Notes under the pieces: generated by a model
Database searches by the model: none
Told to the model about the DNA's origin: nothing
Seen by the model: the letters and a program-made list of their open reading frames with translations, nothing else
Part shown: piece after piece, positions 25,826-38,072 of the stretch
How positions within the stretch are numbered: the stretch's first letter is position 1
How the letters are laid out: each line of letters starts with the position of its first letter
Made by a program: the position numbers and the translations under genes
Origin: Ophelia neglecta
Taxonomy: Eukaryota
Length of the DNA stretch: 64,000 nt
Direction of reading: 5' to 3'
Assembly: GCA_965285935.1 (NCBI GenBank)
Contig: OZ260665.1
Location: 73,594,001-73,658,000, forward strand

Positions 25826-28618
25826 ATTATGCCTAAATCACACAGCCATTCCCGAACCAGCGCATCGCCTGAAAATGAAAAACAGGAAGAGGCCTAACTA
25901 ATTTACTCTTGATGCAATTTGCTCCATAGCATGTTTTGGCTGTTGGGTTATTTTCTACTGTCTGCCTCTATTGTTGTTGTTAAAGGAACGACCTGTTTGC
26001 TAAATATTATGATTTTGTAGGATTCCTCTAAGTGTAAGGAAGAAATACACCAGGTCTTAACTTATTTGTTACGTGGTAGGCCCGTGCCAAATGTCTCGAG
26101 GATGAGTCATGTCTATATAGCTGGTGGATATGAACCCCGATCTGTGTTAAATGTAAACTTATTGTGCGGTCGGTAACAAATATGTAAAAACTTTATTGCA
26201 CATGACAATTTAAAATACGTACATGACAAGATGGCAGACAAATATACCTATAATGACGGATAGCCCTACTGAAAAACTAGACTGAAATCTTTTCAAAATC
26301 TGGGTAAAATAATTTATCATCTGGACACTTGTTGATTTCATAGCCTAGGTTTTTTTATGATAAATAGCCCTGGTCACTTCAATCAAGTTGTGGCTGATAA
26401 GATGACAATTGATATTTAATTGTTGTGCAGTCATCCCGACCAAGCGACGCTGACCCTCAGTGACCACCACTTGAAAGGCGAAACGCGCGCCAAGTGTGGA
26501 AAATAAATAACAGCCTCGAGAAACTCGCCGAGGCGTCCCAGCATGCTCTGGGCGGGCAGAGGCGCCAATGTCGAGTAAGCTCGCGGACCGTTTAATTCCG
26601 CTCAGCAAGTAGGTTTATTCCGCGCAGTACGAATGCTTATTCAGAGCTCAGTTTAAATGCTACAGTTTTTTATTGCGCGCAGTAAGTAGCTTTAAAGCGC
26701 GCACAAAGTGCGCGCAATAAGGCTACTTACTGCGATAAATTAAACGATGTGGGAAATACCCGAATTTACCGTACAACTCGGTAAAACTATGTAAAGGTAG
26801 GCATGTGGATTATTGCTTTCAATTTGATAAAACTTAAATATAGGTGCTTACTACTTGCTTTATGTGCAAATATATATATTTGGTCTTAGACTTAATGAAT
26901 ATCCCTTTTCAAACAAGGCAAATACAGACGAAGGTAATCGCAAAACCGTAATTTAATTACATTGTATGAGGTTTTGTTTGTCTATAAATGCGCGAACTCC
27001 TTTCTGGCGAGACAGCGTTTACAGGCACAATGTTCATCCAAACTTTAAAACTTTCCACCACGTAGGCTATTTCATGTGTATTTTTGTGATTTAAATAAAA
27101 CCAACAAAAAAAAATGTCGCTTCAAAATTTGAATCCACCCTTACGAGAGCATATCACTGATTCACAATTAAAATGATTCATAATAAGTGTATAACTAATG
27201 ACACGGAAGCAAAAATTATACATATTTTATCTGCCAAACCTGCTGTTTAATGTGAATATTTTTAAATCCTTTGTTGTCATTGGTGGAATATATTTCACAA
27301 AAACATCACACAAAAAATACATTTCACGCGAAACCTGGAGCGTGGTTGTCAAAAAGACAATGCTTTCTACTTTCACTGTATAAAGATATATAAAGCTAAC
27401 CCGAGTAGGCTCTAAATTGTTTTATGAACAAGTTTTTAAAAGCTGATAGAATGATATTCGGCGATGAAACTTTATATAATAGCTGCCATATATTTCAATG
27501 TATTTAACCGAGCGAATATGTCATTCAAAACAAAAGCCGTCTAATTGAACAGGAACACAATCGTGGGTAAATTAAGCAGGAGAAATATGAGCGTCTTCCA
27601 GAAATTCGAGGAGGTGACTTCAAACGGCGCCGATAGGAGGCGGAATTGCTTTCTTTGCACGACTGATTGCTCTTGACAAAGACTGAAGTGGCGTCTTGTA
27701 CAGACGAGAGCCTGGGATTGTCAACGCGAAATAAAGGCCAATCAAAGGCCCTTTAACACGGAATACTCGTGTTTTTTGTATTGGGTGACAGGGGAGCGTG
27801 GACAGGGCAGTTCCCAATACAATACAGGAATGAGAGGAGTTAGGTTTATTGCCCTTTGAAAGCCGCAATGAATGGGTGTCCAAGGGGGGGAGGAGGCGTG
27901 AGCCATGGTGCTTGGACAGGCGGGTCTTTGTGTGGGGTTTGTGGCGGCCAGGCAGGGCTCTATCACCCGGAGCCTCGTATTGTGTGAGGGAGACCCACCT
28001 GGCTGACGGGACCGAGTGAGGGGCAGAGGTCAGAACCCTTGTTCACCTCCCCGGCCCCCACGACCTTGGGGTGAAACCACCGCATCAAAACCACCCGCAA
28101 ATCACTACAGCAGGTCATCCGCTTCGACAAAGGTCGACTTGCTGGACATTTTTCCACTCTGGACAACCTGTCTCGGGTATGAGGCCGTATTGCCCGTGTC
28201 GAGGGCAAAGGTTGCCGATAAGGGAACAGAGGGGACCCACGGGTCAGCTGTCACCGGCTCTTGGCAAGGGCCTCCGGCTAATAAACCAAGGGACATGTTT
28301 ACAGCCAAAGGATTTAACGACTGTTGGCAAAGTACAGCAGGTTTTTCCTGTACTGTTAGGTTTTGGTTTATGGTTCTTGTTTATATCCGTTAAAACCGTG
28401 TATATAGTAAGGTCCATTTTATGCCAACAACTCAACAAATCTTGTTTGTTATTTTATCACTTCCTGCTTTCAATCTGGTTTCAGTATCAAAGAACCTTTT
28501 TTTTCCCGATAGCACACGATGTAGATTGTCATTTGTTCCCGCCTGTTCCTCAGGTTACTTGTAGACACACGACCGTTCACGAGATTAGGAAAGGCCAGGT
28601 CACACTGGCGGGGAAAGG

Positions 28619-28675
28619 ATGTGTGTGTGTGTGTGTGTTGCGGGGGGGGGGGGGGGGGGGGGGAGGGAGGGGGGC
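28619..28675. repeat. (GT)n microsatellite fused to a ~22 nt poly-G tract
   Basis: Seen directly. Confidence 0.95.
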
Positions 28676-31600
28676 TCATTTTTTTTTGCTTCAGGCACCG
28701 CCTCAAGCGTAAGCAGCGCGTGTGGGCACGCCCATCTCACATTCTCCGGGAGAAGGCTGCCCCCCTCATCGAAGACCTCACTTTCTCCAATATCCTATAT
28801 CCGCCTTGTTATGGTAGGCCAAACTGTCGACACGGGGTCAGCCATTGTTTTCAGACAAACAGAGATATTGTGATTTTGTTATGAAATTAAATATTTCGAT
28901 AGTGACTGACCCTTTGTTGTTTTTAAACATGTGATTTGCGAGTCCTTGTCTGGAGGTTAGCTCATTATTCTGACTCACATTAATACCATTGTTCAGGTAG
29001 TTTGGGCCAGGACTGTCCACGGTCAAATTTGAATTAGTAACAGAATGAATATTTATGTAAGAATATTGAACAATCTCATGGTCGAGTATTTCATTCATGT
29101 TATTGAAAATAAACGTTTCTATGGTGACATTTGTTTTATTGGACCAAACACAAGAAGGTCAGTTCATAGCTTGTGGTAGATCCGTTTTCTTTCAAGCTGC
29201 TTCTTATTTCAAACATTTAACAACCCTACCGGAAACTAATAAGGCTTTATTGGGGAGGAAAGGTGACAGTTTTTATAGACCCACCGCACACGACTTGTCA
29301 TTCTTAGAAAATACGTGAAAAAACGGCCTACGTCCGTCCAGAGAGCGCCAAAATGATCATAAACAACCATGAGCACACGAATAAATCTTAGACCGATATA
29401 ATCATATATAGATACCCGAACGCTTGTAAAACTAAGGCAGATTTATCATATATTATCTGATAAACAGCTAAAGAACATGCAAAATATTCTAATTAAAAAT
29501 CACCAGATCTTTAATAATGTGACAAGGGTTTCAAGTAACATATACTGTATCTTTAATTATCATTAATGATATGGCTTAAGCTTTGTAATGGAAGAGAAAT
29601 TTGCATGCCACCATATTCCAATATAGAGCTGATTGAAATGCTGGAAATCCTCCCTCTGTCAGTTGAATATTAAATGCAATTTTTGTTTTATCTATCTTGT
29701 TGTAAAACTAAGATTCATTCTGTATAAGCTTGTGTAGTGAGACCTATATTGCTGTGCTGCAATTCTTGAGTTTATCAAGCCGTTAATACTAGAAACGGAA
29801 TATTTTGCCAAACTGACTGAGTCATGTTTTGACATCGTTCAACCGGAGACGAAAACTGGAACAAAATTATATGTAAATCGATACAATAAATTAGCATAAC
29901 ATTATCTACTTACAACGACTAGATTTCATCGTGCAGTGGGTGGTCGAGCAGTGTAGAGATTGACAGTAAGCTTTGGCGAGCATTCACCAACGTATTTATT
30001 TGCGGATTGAGAGAAGGGCAGGGTGTTGGGTTCCGGACCGCCGTTTTTAATCGGTGCCATGCCCCCCCCCCCCTCCGCCTTTTTCGTTTAATAAGTAGCA
30101 TCATGCCGGGAGAATCTTGAGGGTGATGTATGTGTGTACCCTAGCGAAGAGGGTTCTGGTGGTTTAAGCGCCAAGGTACCCCCTCTGGAAGGGGACAGAG
30201 AGGGTTCCGGTGAAGGGGTGGGGTGCTTATCATTCAGACGCCCCTCGGCGAGGGAACTGACGGGGTTCGGGGTGGTGGAGGGAGCAGGGGTCTTACCCAT
30301 CGACGCCCCATTGGGAGGGAACAGGCGGGTTCGGGGGGATCAGCCTCCAAACCAGCCTGTGTGAGGGTACACTACCACTGAAGTTCCGAGTAAGAACTGG
30401 ACTCCATTTTTTGTTTGAAGCCCTAGATCCGACAATGGCATTTTACAATTCTGACTAGTTTAAGCGTGTTTTATTGTTAGAGCGGACGTGCTGACAACAG
30501 GAAAGTCTTCCAAAAGTGATGCCTCGACATAGTGTCCTTACAAAGAAGATGTGTTACCAGAAGGGACTACTCCCATTTAGGAGAATGATACTAGTTTTAT
30601 GATAGTCGAGAACACACTCTAACCGAATAGGAGTTATGTCAGCATTCATGTCTTCTTTTCGCCACAAGGACGCGCTAAAGATTTTTTCTCTTCAGTTTAG
30701 CATTGAATTCATTTTTAAATTTCGACTCATAGTAAACCGACACCAGAATAATTAGTTTTATCAAGACTCAGGATTTTATCAACACATTTCTTGTATAGCT
30801 GTATCACCTCACAACTGAAATGTATTTTCTACTAACGCGGTTCCAAATTCCAAATTTAATTAAAAGTTGACCTTTAACAAAAGAAGTCATATCTGACTAG
30901 CATATGGACGGGTTGAACTGTATTTTACCGACTTTATAGGCTGCATGTTATTGGGTAGTAACTCGGGCAAATTTACATCTGCCTTTGATTTATAATAACA
31001 ATAAAAATTACGATTTAAGGTTAATTGAATTGCGCAGAAGCCCATTTTCCAGCCATGAAACCAGAAAAGGCTGTCTCCCGCAGCCGCCATTGCCTACATG
31101 CACGTGTTTTAGAAAGAAGCCCAGGGCTTTCCGTAATAACCCATAAAGGGTTGGACGTGTGGTTTCTTTGCCATTGGCGCTGGACACTTACCGCCCAACC
31201 CCCTCATTTGGGTGTTCTACTGGCGGCAGGCACGTACCACTGCCTTTGTTTCGCGCCAATTTCAGTGCAAATGACCGCAAATTAACAGCTTTTCTGTTGT
31301 TAATGTACGGTGGGCTGATTTTAAAGGGGCAAAAAATCATAGGGAAAAGGCAATAAAGAACAAGTATGGGACACTTTACATCTGATAGTGAGAAGGAAAC
31401 AATGGCTTGACAGCGGCAGGCGGTTTAAATTTCTAAGTCTTAAAAAGGAATTGGGGGTAAAATATTCTTTTTCGTCAATTAACGATGGACGTCCAGACTG
31501 AATTAAAAAGAAAGCGATAGGACGTGCTGGTTGAACTGAAAGGACACAGTTGAGCCTATCGCTAAGTTTCCCCTCATTTGGAATATCAATAACAGATTAT

Positions 31601-33489
31601 AGTTATAAATGTACATAAAAGCCACTTGAGCATCTCATTTTACGAGCAAAATGGGGCTGTTAAATAACTGTATATACAGAATAGAATGTAAGCTTGGAGT
31701 GTAGAACTATAACACTATATGTATGTAGAGTTATATAGCATGCTTTATTGTGTAGGCCGAGTTGTTATAGGCCTAATAAATACATGTGTCGAATACATGT
31801 ACCTCCATTTGTCAATTACATTTGTAAAATAAGGTCCTCTTTTTGTCAATATTCCTTACTGGGGGAATGGTTTGAACATACCGATACAGATTTAATATTA
31901 TTGTTGCTGCATGCTTAGAGGAGTTAATAGGCCTATAACTAATGATGATGGTCAGTTTACAGACAGCGGGGCTCCTAAGGCTCGGAAACCTCCAGTAAGT
32001 GGTAATAATGGGGGATAAAAGGCAAAAGAGGCCAGCGCGTGTGATACATAATCAGTTCTTACGCCATTCCTACCAACCCTTGAGCCCACTATTAACCCAG
32101 ACAAAAGTGGCCAGGGTGAAAGTTGCGCTCTTTTCACAATGGCCAGTGTCTAAAGCAAATTATGTCGACAGATATTTAATGGGTCCCACTGAGCGAGGGA
32201 CGAACGCCATCTCTGTACTGTTGAAGCAAGATCAAAGGTCTGAAAGGTGCCAGTGGACACTTGACAATGGAGAAGTGAGTAAGGTAGGACCAACTTTGAC
32301 CGCGGTAACGTTTCAAGGCGTTAGGAGACAGGAGCCGATGATACGTCCCACAGAGGGTGGAGGTCGCCAGATCACCCCACTAGATTGGTTAATTATGTCC
32401 TAGTAGACCTCCTGTAGCACCTATAATGTTATTGTGCACCTCGAGGTAAAGATCAAAGACTCGCTGCCCATTTCGGCCAATCTCACTCCGGGTCCTCGTG
32501 CTGTTGTACCACATTCCTAGAGAGTCATCCACGGTAATTTCACGGCGTCTCGACAGGATTTGACGCAATGATAGATAGTCACCTGTCCCTCACTGAAAAC
32601 GCAGGTGTCAAACTCCATCAGCGACAAACACAAAGTATACAAGGCTTCGCACCGCCAAAGCCTGGAAAATCACAGAGGCGCTTTCTCCGTCATCATAGCC
32701 ATGAAAACCAGGGGGGGGGGGGGGATTTCTTTTTTCATCACATCCAGGAAAACCAAGGAGGGAACTGTGTTTCTTAATCACAGGTTTTCTTCTTACAGAC
32801 AGGAAAACATGTCAGCAAGCTCTCTTATCAGAAGAACGGCCCTAGTTCTGATGAGTGCTTATATAAACCTCACACCGTCTGCTGAAGCTTACTAGGGATA
32901 TACTTTACAATCAGGCCATTATAGCTCATTATCATCACATTGTCTCCTGGAACCAACTATATTTACATAAAGTAAAGCTACACCCACGTCACCTATGTAC
33001 CTGTAAAATAACACAAAGTAGCTGTAATCCCGGCCATCACCAGATTCAAAAGAATTAAAGATTCTTCTTTTCTTATCAAACCCAGAACCAACTAAATCGC
33101 CTAACATGAACTCTCCTCTCCCGTCATACCTATGAATTTAGGGACAAAAAATGGTCCCAGGCATAATGGTCTCAAGAGAAAAAACGGACATCATGATCCC
33201 GTCATCAAAATACAAACTGTTGCTAGCAGAAAATGGGCACATCAATTGTGAGGGTTAATTACATTAATCAAATGCTGTTTTAATTTTTTAACCGTTTTTA
33301 CAGTCTAAAAGAAAGCATCGCCTACATAATTACTTTCCAATTGTACATACATAAGTGTCATTAAAGGTCGCACTGTAAATTTGATACAGTATGTATACAA
33401 AATAGAATCTACTCAATATGGGGAAAATAATTGAGAAACATGTACGCTGATGTCCGCTTTTCCATTGAGACCGTTATGCCCGGATACAA

Positions 33490-33597
33490 TACACACACTC
33501 ACGCGCGCGCGCATGTGTGCGCGCTCTCTCGCACACACACACACATGCACACACACACAACAACAACAACAAAACACACACACGCACGCGCGCGCAC
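33490..33597. repeat. Compound (CA)n/(CG)n/(CAA)n microsatellite
   Basis: Seen directly. Confidence 0.9.
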
Positions 33598-35406
33598 TTG
33601 AAACTAGTTTAAAGAGAATGGGCTCTCTAATAACACCTGTACTTTGATAATAAGCAGGCAATGCAAATCCAGAAGACCAGTTGCTAGATTCTCCATTAAA
33701 CACCGGCGGACAAGACATAACCTCGGTTTTGTCTATATCACTGTTTTATTGTAAATTGAAATGGAATTTCTCATTTGAACTATATGCTCATATTGAATGT
33801 CTGGGATACTAAGATGTGCCAAGGCTTTTAAGGTGCCCCGTGGGTTTATTTACAGCTTCACATAGATCTAACGCCAGTCAATGTTCTATCCCTTACGTCA
33901 ATAAACTGTCATTATTTCGATGCTCCTAGGCCGAAGATTTTCATGAAACATTTTAATATTAGGACCTTTTACATATTTCATTTTCCCTTCTCAAATAAAA
34001 GGCAAAATTTGGCTCTTTGTCATTTTATGTACATACATGTATTCAAACCAATGTAACTGTGTTTGAAAGAGAGACACGTGAAAAATACCCATGGGGCCTC
34101 GTAAAGAATTAGTTAATGAGGATTCTCCCTTTTATGTTTTATGGGGGAACCCCCTCTTGACTTTAGATTAAACAAAAACGTCGATGATGTCCGTGCCATC
34201 ACCCTCCAACACCTATCACCAGGCAGCTAAAGATCACAGCAGCAGACGACAAGGCGAGCCACCCACCCATGACTGACCACTGATGGATACTTTGATAAAT
34301 TCCATCATTTTTCACTCTAATGGACAGCCAATGATGGTTCCTCAATTGCCGCCTGCTAGCAACCAAGTGCACGTGGTCGAGGAGCGAAGCTGTCCATCAC
34401 TTTTTATTGTTTTTCTTATTGATGTACAATTGTTATGCCCCGTACATCAATCTTTACGTCACCTATAATGTTTTACAGCCCCAGTCTAAGTTACACGTGT
34501 TGGACACATTTTCACAGCGGCGCCGTTTTTTGTAATTTTACCACCTAGGGCACGTGCAGGTGAGCACAAAGCACTTTGTATACTAGTTATTTCTACACTC
34601 CCCCAAAGTTTGTTTAAATCCTTTATAACGGACATCTCGCGGACAGCGTTCATTGAATGATAGTTCAGGACATAATGAGCGGAGACAGCGTGCCAACACC
34701 TCATTTCAATTTTTCATGCTACAGGCATTCGATTCCGAAACAGCCACTCACTCCATCAAATTCATATTACCTACCATTCTTGAGGAGCGACAACCAATTC
34801 TCAACAATAGACAAATCTATATGCAAATGCAAGACATACCACTTTCTATTAGTAGAATTCGATTGAATTAAAGGAGTAGGAACATTTGTGGCCGATGATG
34901 GTATGTTGCATTCTGGTTTGCCTTCCTAATGAAACCAAATCAAGGACCTCTAGGGCCGTTCAAACATGGTCAATTGAGTTTTCAAAATGTGTGTCAAATT
35001 TGCATACATGATTATTTAAATTAGAAAAGAAGGTGAGCAATAAAACTAATCGTTGAGAGGGTCAAATGATTTAGATCTCGAATACGGTATGAACTCTAAT
35101 GTAATGAAAAGACTAGTTTTGTTTGCTGGTTAGGTATCATTTTGACCACTCCTTTCATAATTACCTTAGAAATCATCAAAATAGTACTTTGTGGCTGGGC
35201 GGTGACACGCCAGTAATTATAAAACTCGTTTTAGATGGATTGACCATCGAGGACAATTGGATTTAAACAGCTGAAATGAAACTTTGGACATTTTATATAA
35301 CAAAAATTACAATAGGCCTATAATTTGGTGGCTTAATGGTTCGGGCTCCCAATGTCGGTGCAAAGCGAATGTCACTATAATCGGTTCTTAGTATCAATAC
35401 TTTCTC

Positions 35407-35428
35407 ATATATATATATATATATATAT
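35407..35428. repeat. (TA)n microsatellite
   Basis: Seen directly. Confidence 0.9.
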
Positions 35429-37730
35429 GTATTTTTCTAACCGAACAATTCTGAAACAAGAATTACAAGCTTCCGTATATTTTTTTAGATAGGTAAGTAC
35501 ACGGCGAGAAAAATTGCTGCTTCATGTACGTAAATATAGCCCGCCATTACTAAGGTGGTGCTTGACATTATAGTTGGGCAAAGACTTAGCCTAACTAATC
35601 ATTAAGGAGCTTGTACTGTTCTATCAACTAAATTGTTAGCCAAAAAAAGTAGCAACGGTATCATTGAAGCTCAATTCAGTAATTGCAGTTGTTTAGCTTT
35701 CCAAATGTTCTGGTCCTCCTTGGATCTAATTTATACCAAAGATTAAGACATAAGAAGCCCGAGGGTTCGGAGGGTAGGAGGGCGTACTATCTGGCTGGAC
35801 AAAGGAAGGTGAACGTTGGTTTAGGGACCTGGTAAATCTACTTACTGTCCCATTAGCTATGTCCAAAATAGATCGTGGCCCAGAGCGACGATCATAATCT
35901 TCATTCTTACTATTTTATGTTCTCCCTTTTTACACCTCTGAATTGAAGCCTATTACCATTATTGGTGTAGCATTTCACCATTTTGGCCACTCCCCGAGGG
36001 GGAAATCGGTCTGCTTGTCCCCGGGATGGCACCTATAGACCCCGCCAATACCTCCGGCAAATCACCATGGCATCTGCCAGCTTAAAGCTGCCCAACAAAA
36101 GAAAGCTCACTGAAGAAGGATCCAGCAGTGTATGGTCGATGAATCAAATATTACGTCTGCTTCTTGGCTATATTTACTTCAAAATTGCATATAATGGAGT
36201 ACATTTTGAAAAGTCGGTTGGCTGTTTGCTGATAGTTTGGTAACTGGTCTAATGTAATCAGATTCATTATACTGAGCTGCAATCGAAATAACGACAAAAC
36301 CAAAAGCCCTATGATTTTAGTGATTATTAAATTTGAGCCGTGCTTCGATTATTTTTCTTAAACATAAGATCCTAAAACCTATCCTCTAGATAAATACAGA
36401 CGTGAGTGTACAATGGCGGTCTGTAGTATGACCTCGTCGTAACGTCCTTGTCTGACGGATTCCCGCCACGCGTCTACCGGAACTGATTGTATACATTACA
36501 CACGGCGGGTCGTCTGCCCATTCTGTGATCTACGACAAAACTCAGCCAGCCCAATGTAAAGCTATAAAGAAGCCTCCTAGTAACGCCATAGTCTCTCCCC
36601 ATTAGCAGCTAGACAAGAAATCAGCGCCTGTCTACTCCCGGGGAGCTCAATTTTGTCTTCAAATTAACACTTCCATTTGTGGTCTTTCATCAATCTCCGC
36701 GAGCTTCTACCAAGAATTCGGCTTTTGTCCAAGTCTCTGTAATTTTGCTGGTAAACTGTTTATTAGAAAGCAATGAAAAATTCCAAATTTGATTTAGACC
36801 GTAAACAATTATTTCGATAGTAGAGGAATATTCCCGGGGGGTAATAGGTTTGATATTTCAAACATTTTTTTTTATAAAGCTGCGGTGTCAGCTTTACCAA
36901 CACACCATCACTAATATAGGTGCACTGATTAAACAGAAATATAGTGCAATTTTATCGATCGATTGTTTGAAATTATCTGTTCATTGTGCATACAGAATAC
37001 CAAAATATAAAAACATAAAGATACCACGTGTGTATGTATAATTATGTAAATAATAAAAGTCTCAGTCAAATATATTTACAATATGATAACTTATTTCCTT
37101 GATGGTCCAGAGGTGGTACTTTGATAGCAATTCAGATTCTATAGAACAGCCATTAAACAGAATATATCACACAAAAAAAAAGAAAAATACATTATATAAT
37201 GCAATAATGCAATGTATTCATCGTCCAAAATAAAACAAAAATGTTTGTAAAACTATTTAATGACCATCGAATACAGAATGTTATTATATGAAAACGTAGA
37301 TGAGATTTTTAAGGAAAATAGTAACTCTTATAGTATAGAGGCTAATCACTCATTGCCATATGCCTTTTTAAGAAAATGTTGCCACCAAACCAGAATATAA
37401 GATCAAAAAAGCAATACACATGTAGGCTTTTTGATCGGTTCAAGAAACATTCATGTCCATTGCAAAGCGTAAAGCCATACACTGGATTCATTTTCGAAAT
37501 AAAAAGTGCGGGAAGATGGGTTAAACTTGGCTGGGGCGGGGGCTAAGTGTTTCTATGAGAAAATGAAAGCGATTTTTTTTTTCTTAAAAGTGGCTACTTC
37601 TGATCATTTCTAGATGAACAGCTTTAGGCAAAACTTCTGTGAAAAAAGGTATAATATTGGGCAGAGAAAAAACGTGGTCTAAAATTAAATACAAAATGAG
37701 CTACAAAAAAAGCAAGAGACCCGGATGGTA

Positions 37731-37791
37731 TACAGTAAAATTTGCCTTAAAGACCACCTCTATAATCAGACCACCTGTCCATTCAACCATC
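37731..37791 (+). mobile_element. 5' remnant of a Tc1/mariner-type MITE
   Basis: TA|CAGTAAAA...TTAAAGACCACCT...AGACCACCTG terminus similar to the complete MITE at 41602; broken off where the SINE begins. Confidence 0.45.
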
Positions 37792-37793
37792 AA

Positions 37794-38072
37794 AGCGTGG
37801 CCGAGTGGTTAGGTCGTCCGCCTCGCAAGTGGGAGATCGGGGTTCGTCTTTCAATCGCGTCATACCTAAGACGTAAACATAGGTACTAATAGCTCCCCTG
37901 CCAGGCGCCCGGTATTTCGGGGATAGTATCAGGACTGATCAACCCGGTGTCAGTATAATGGGACTGGTTGGGGTTCCCTGTCTGGAGTCTACGGCAGGTA
38001 CTCCAGTGAGGCAGCACTCTAAAGAGGGCATTGAGTGTGGCGATATGACCGATAAGTGTTGAAAGCCACGTT
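37794..38072 (+). mobile_element. tRNA-derived SINE (Ala-like head; central domain resembling Meta/Deu-type SINEs)
   Basis: A box TGGCCGAGTGG (37798-37808), anticodon-like loop CTCGCAA, degenerate B box GGTTCG (37841). Then GTCATACCTAAGACGTAAA...GCTCCCCTGCCAGGCGC and CCGGTGTCAGTATAATG...CCAGTGAGGCAGCACT, resembling recalled conserved SINE domains; tail GTTGAAAGCCACGTT. Confidence 0.8.

Noticed and set aside
27963-28884. Cluster of overlapping ORFs up to 213 aa
   Set aside because: Explained by GC richness and microsatellite/poly-G translation; no protein motif.
32823-32860. CTGATGAG as a hammerhead ribozyme core
   Set aside because: No stem II or GAAA in the required arrangement; only a simple imperfect hairpin.
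37794-37860. tRNA-Ala gene
   Set aside because: Degenerate B box and T arm, no acceptor stem, and it continues into a SINE body.
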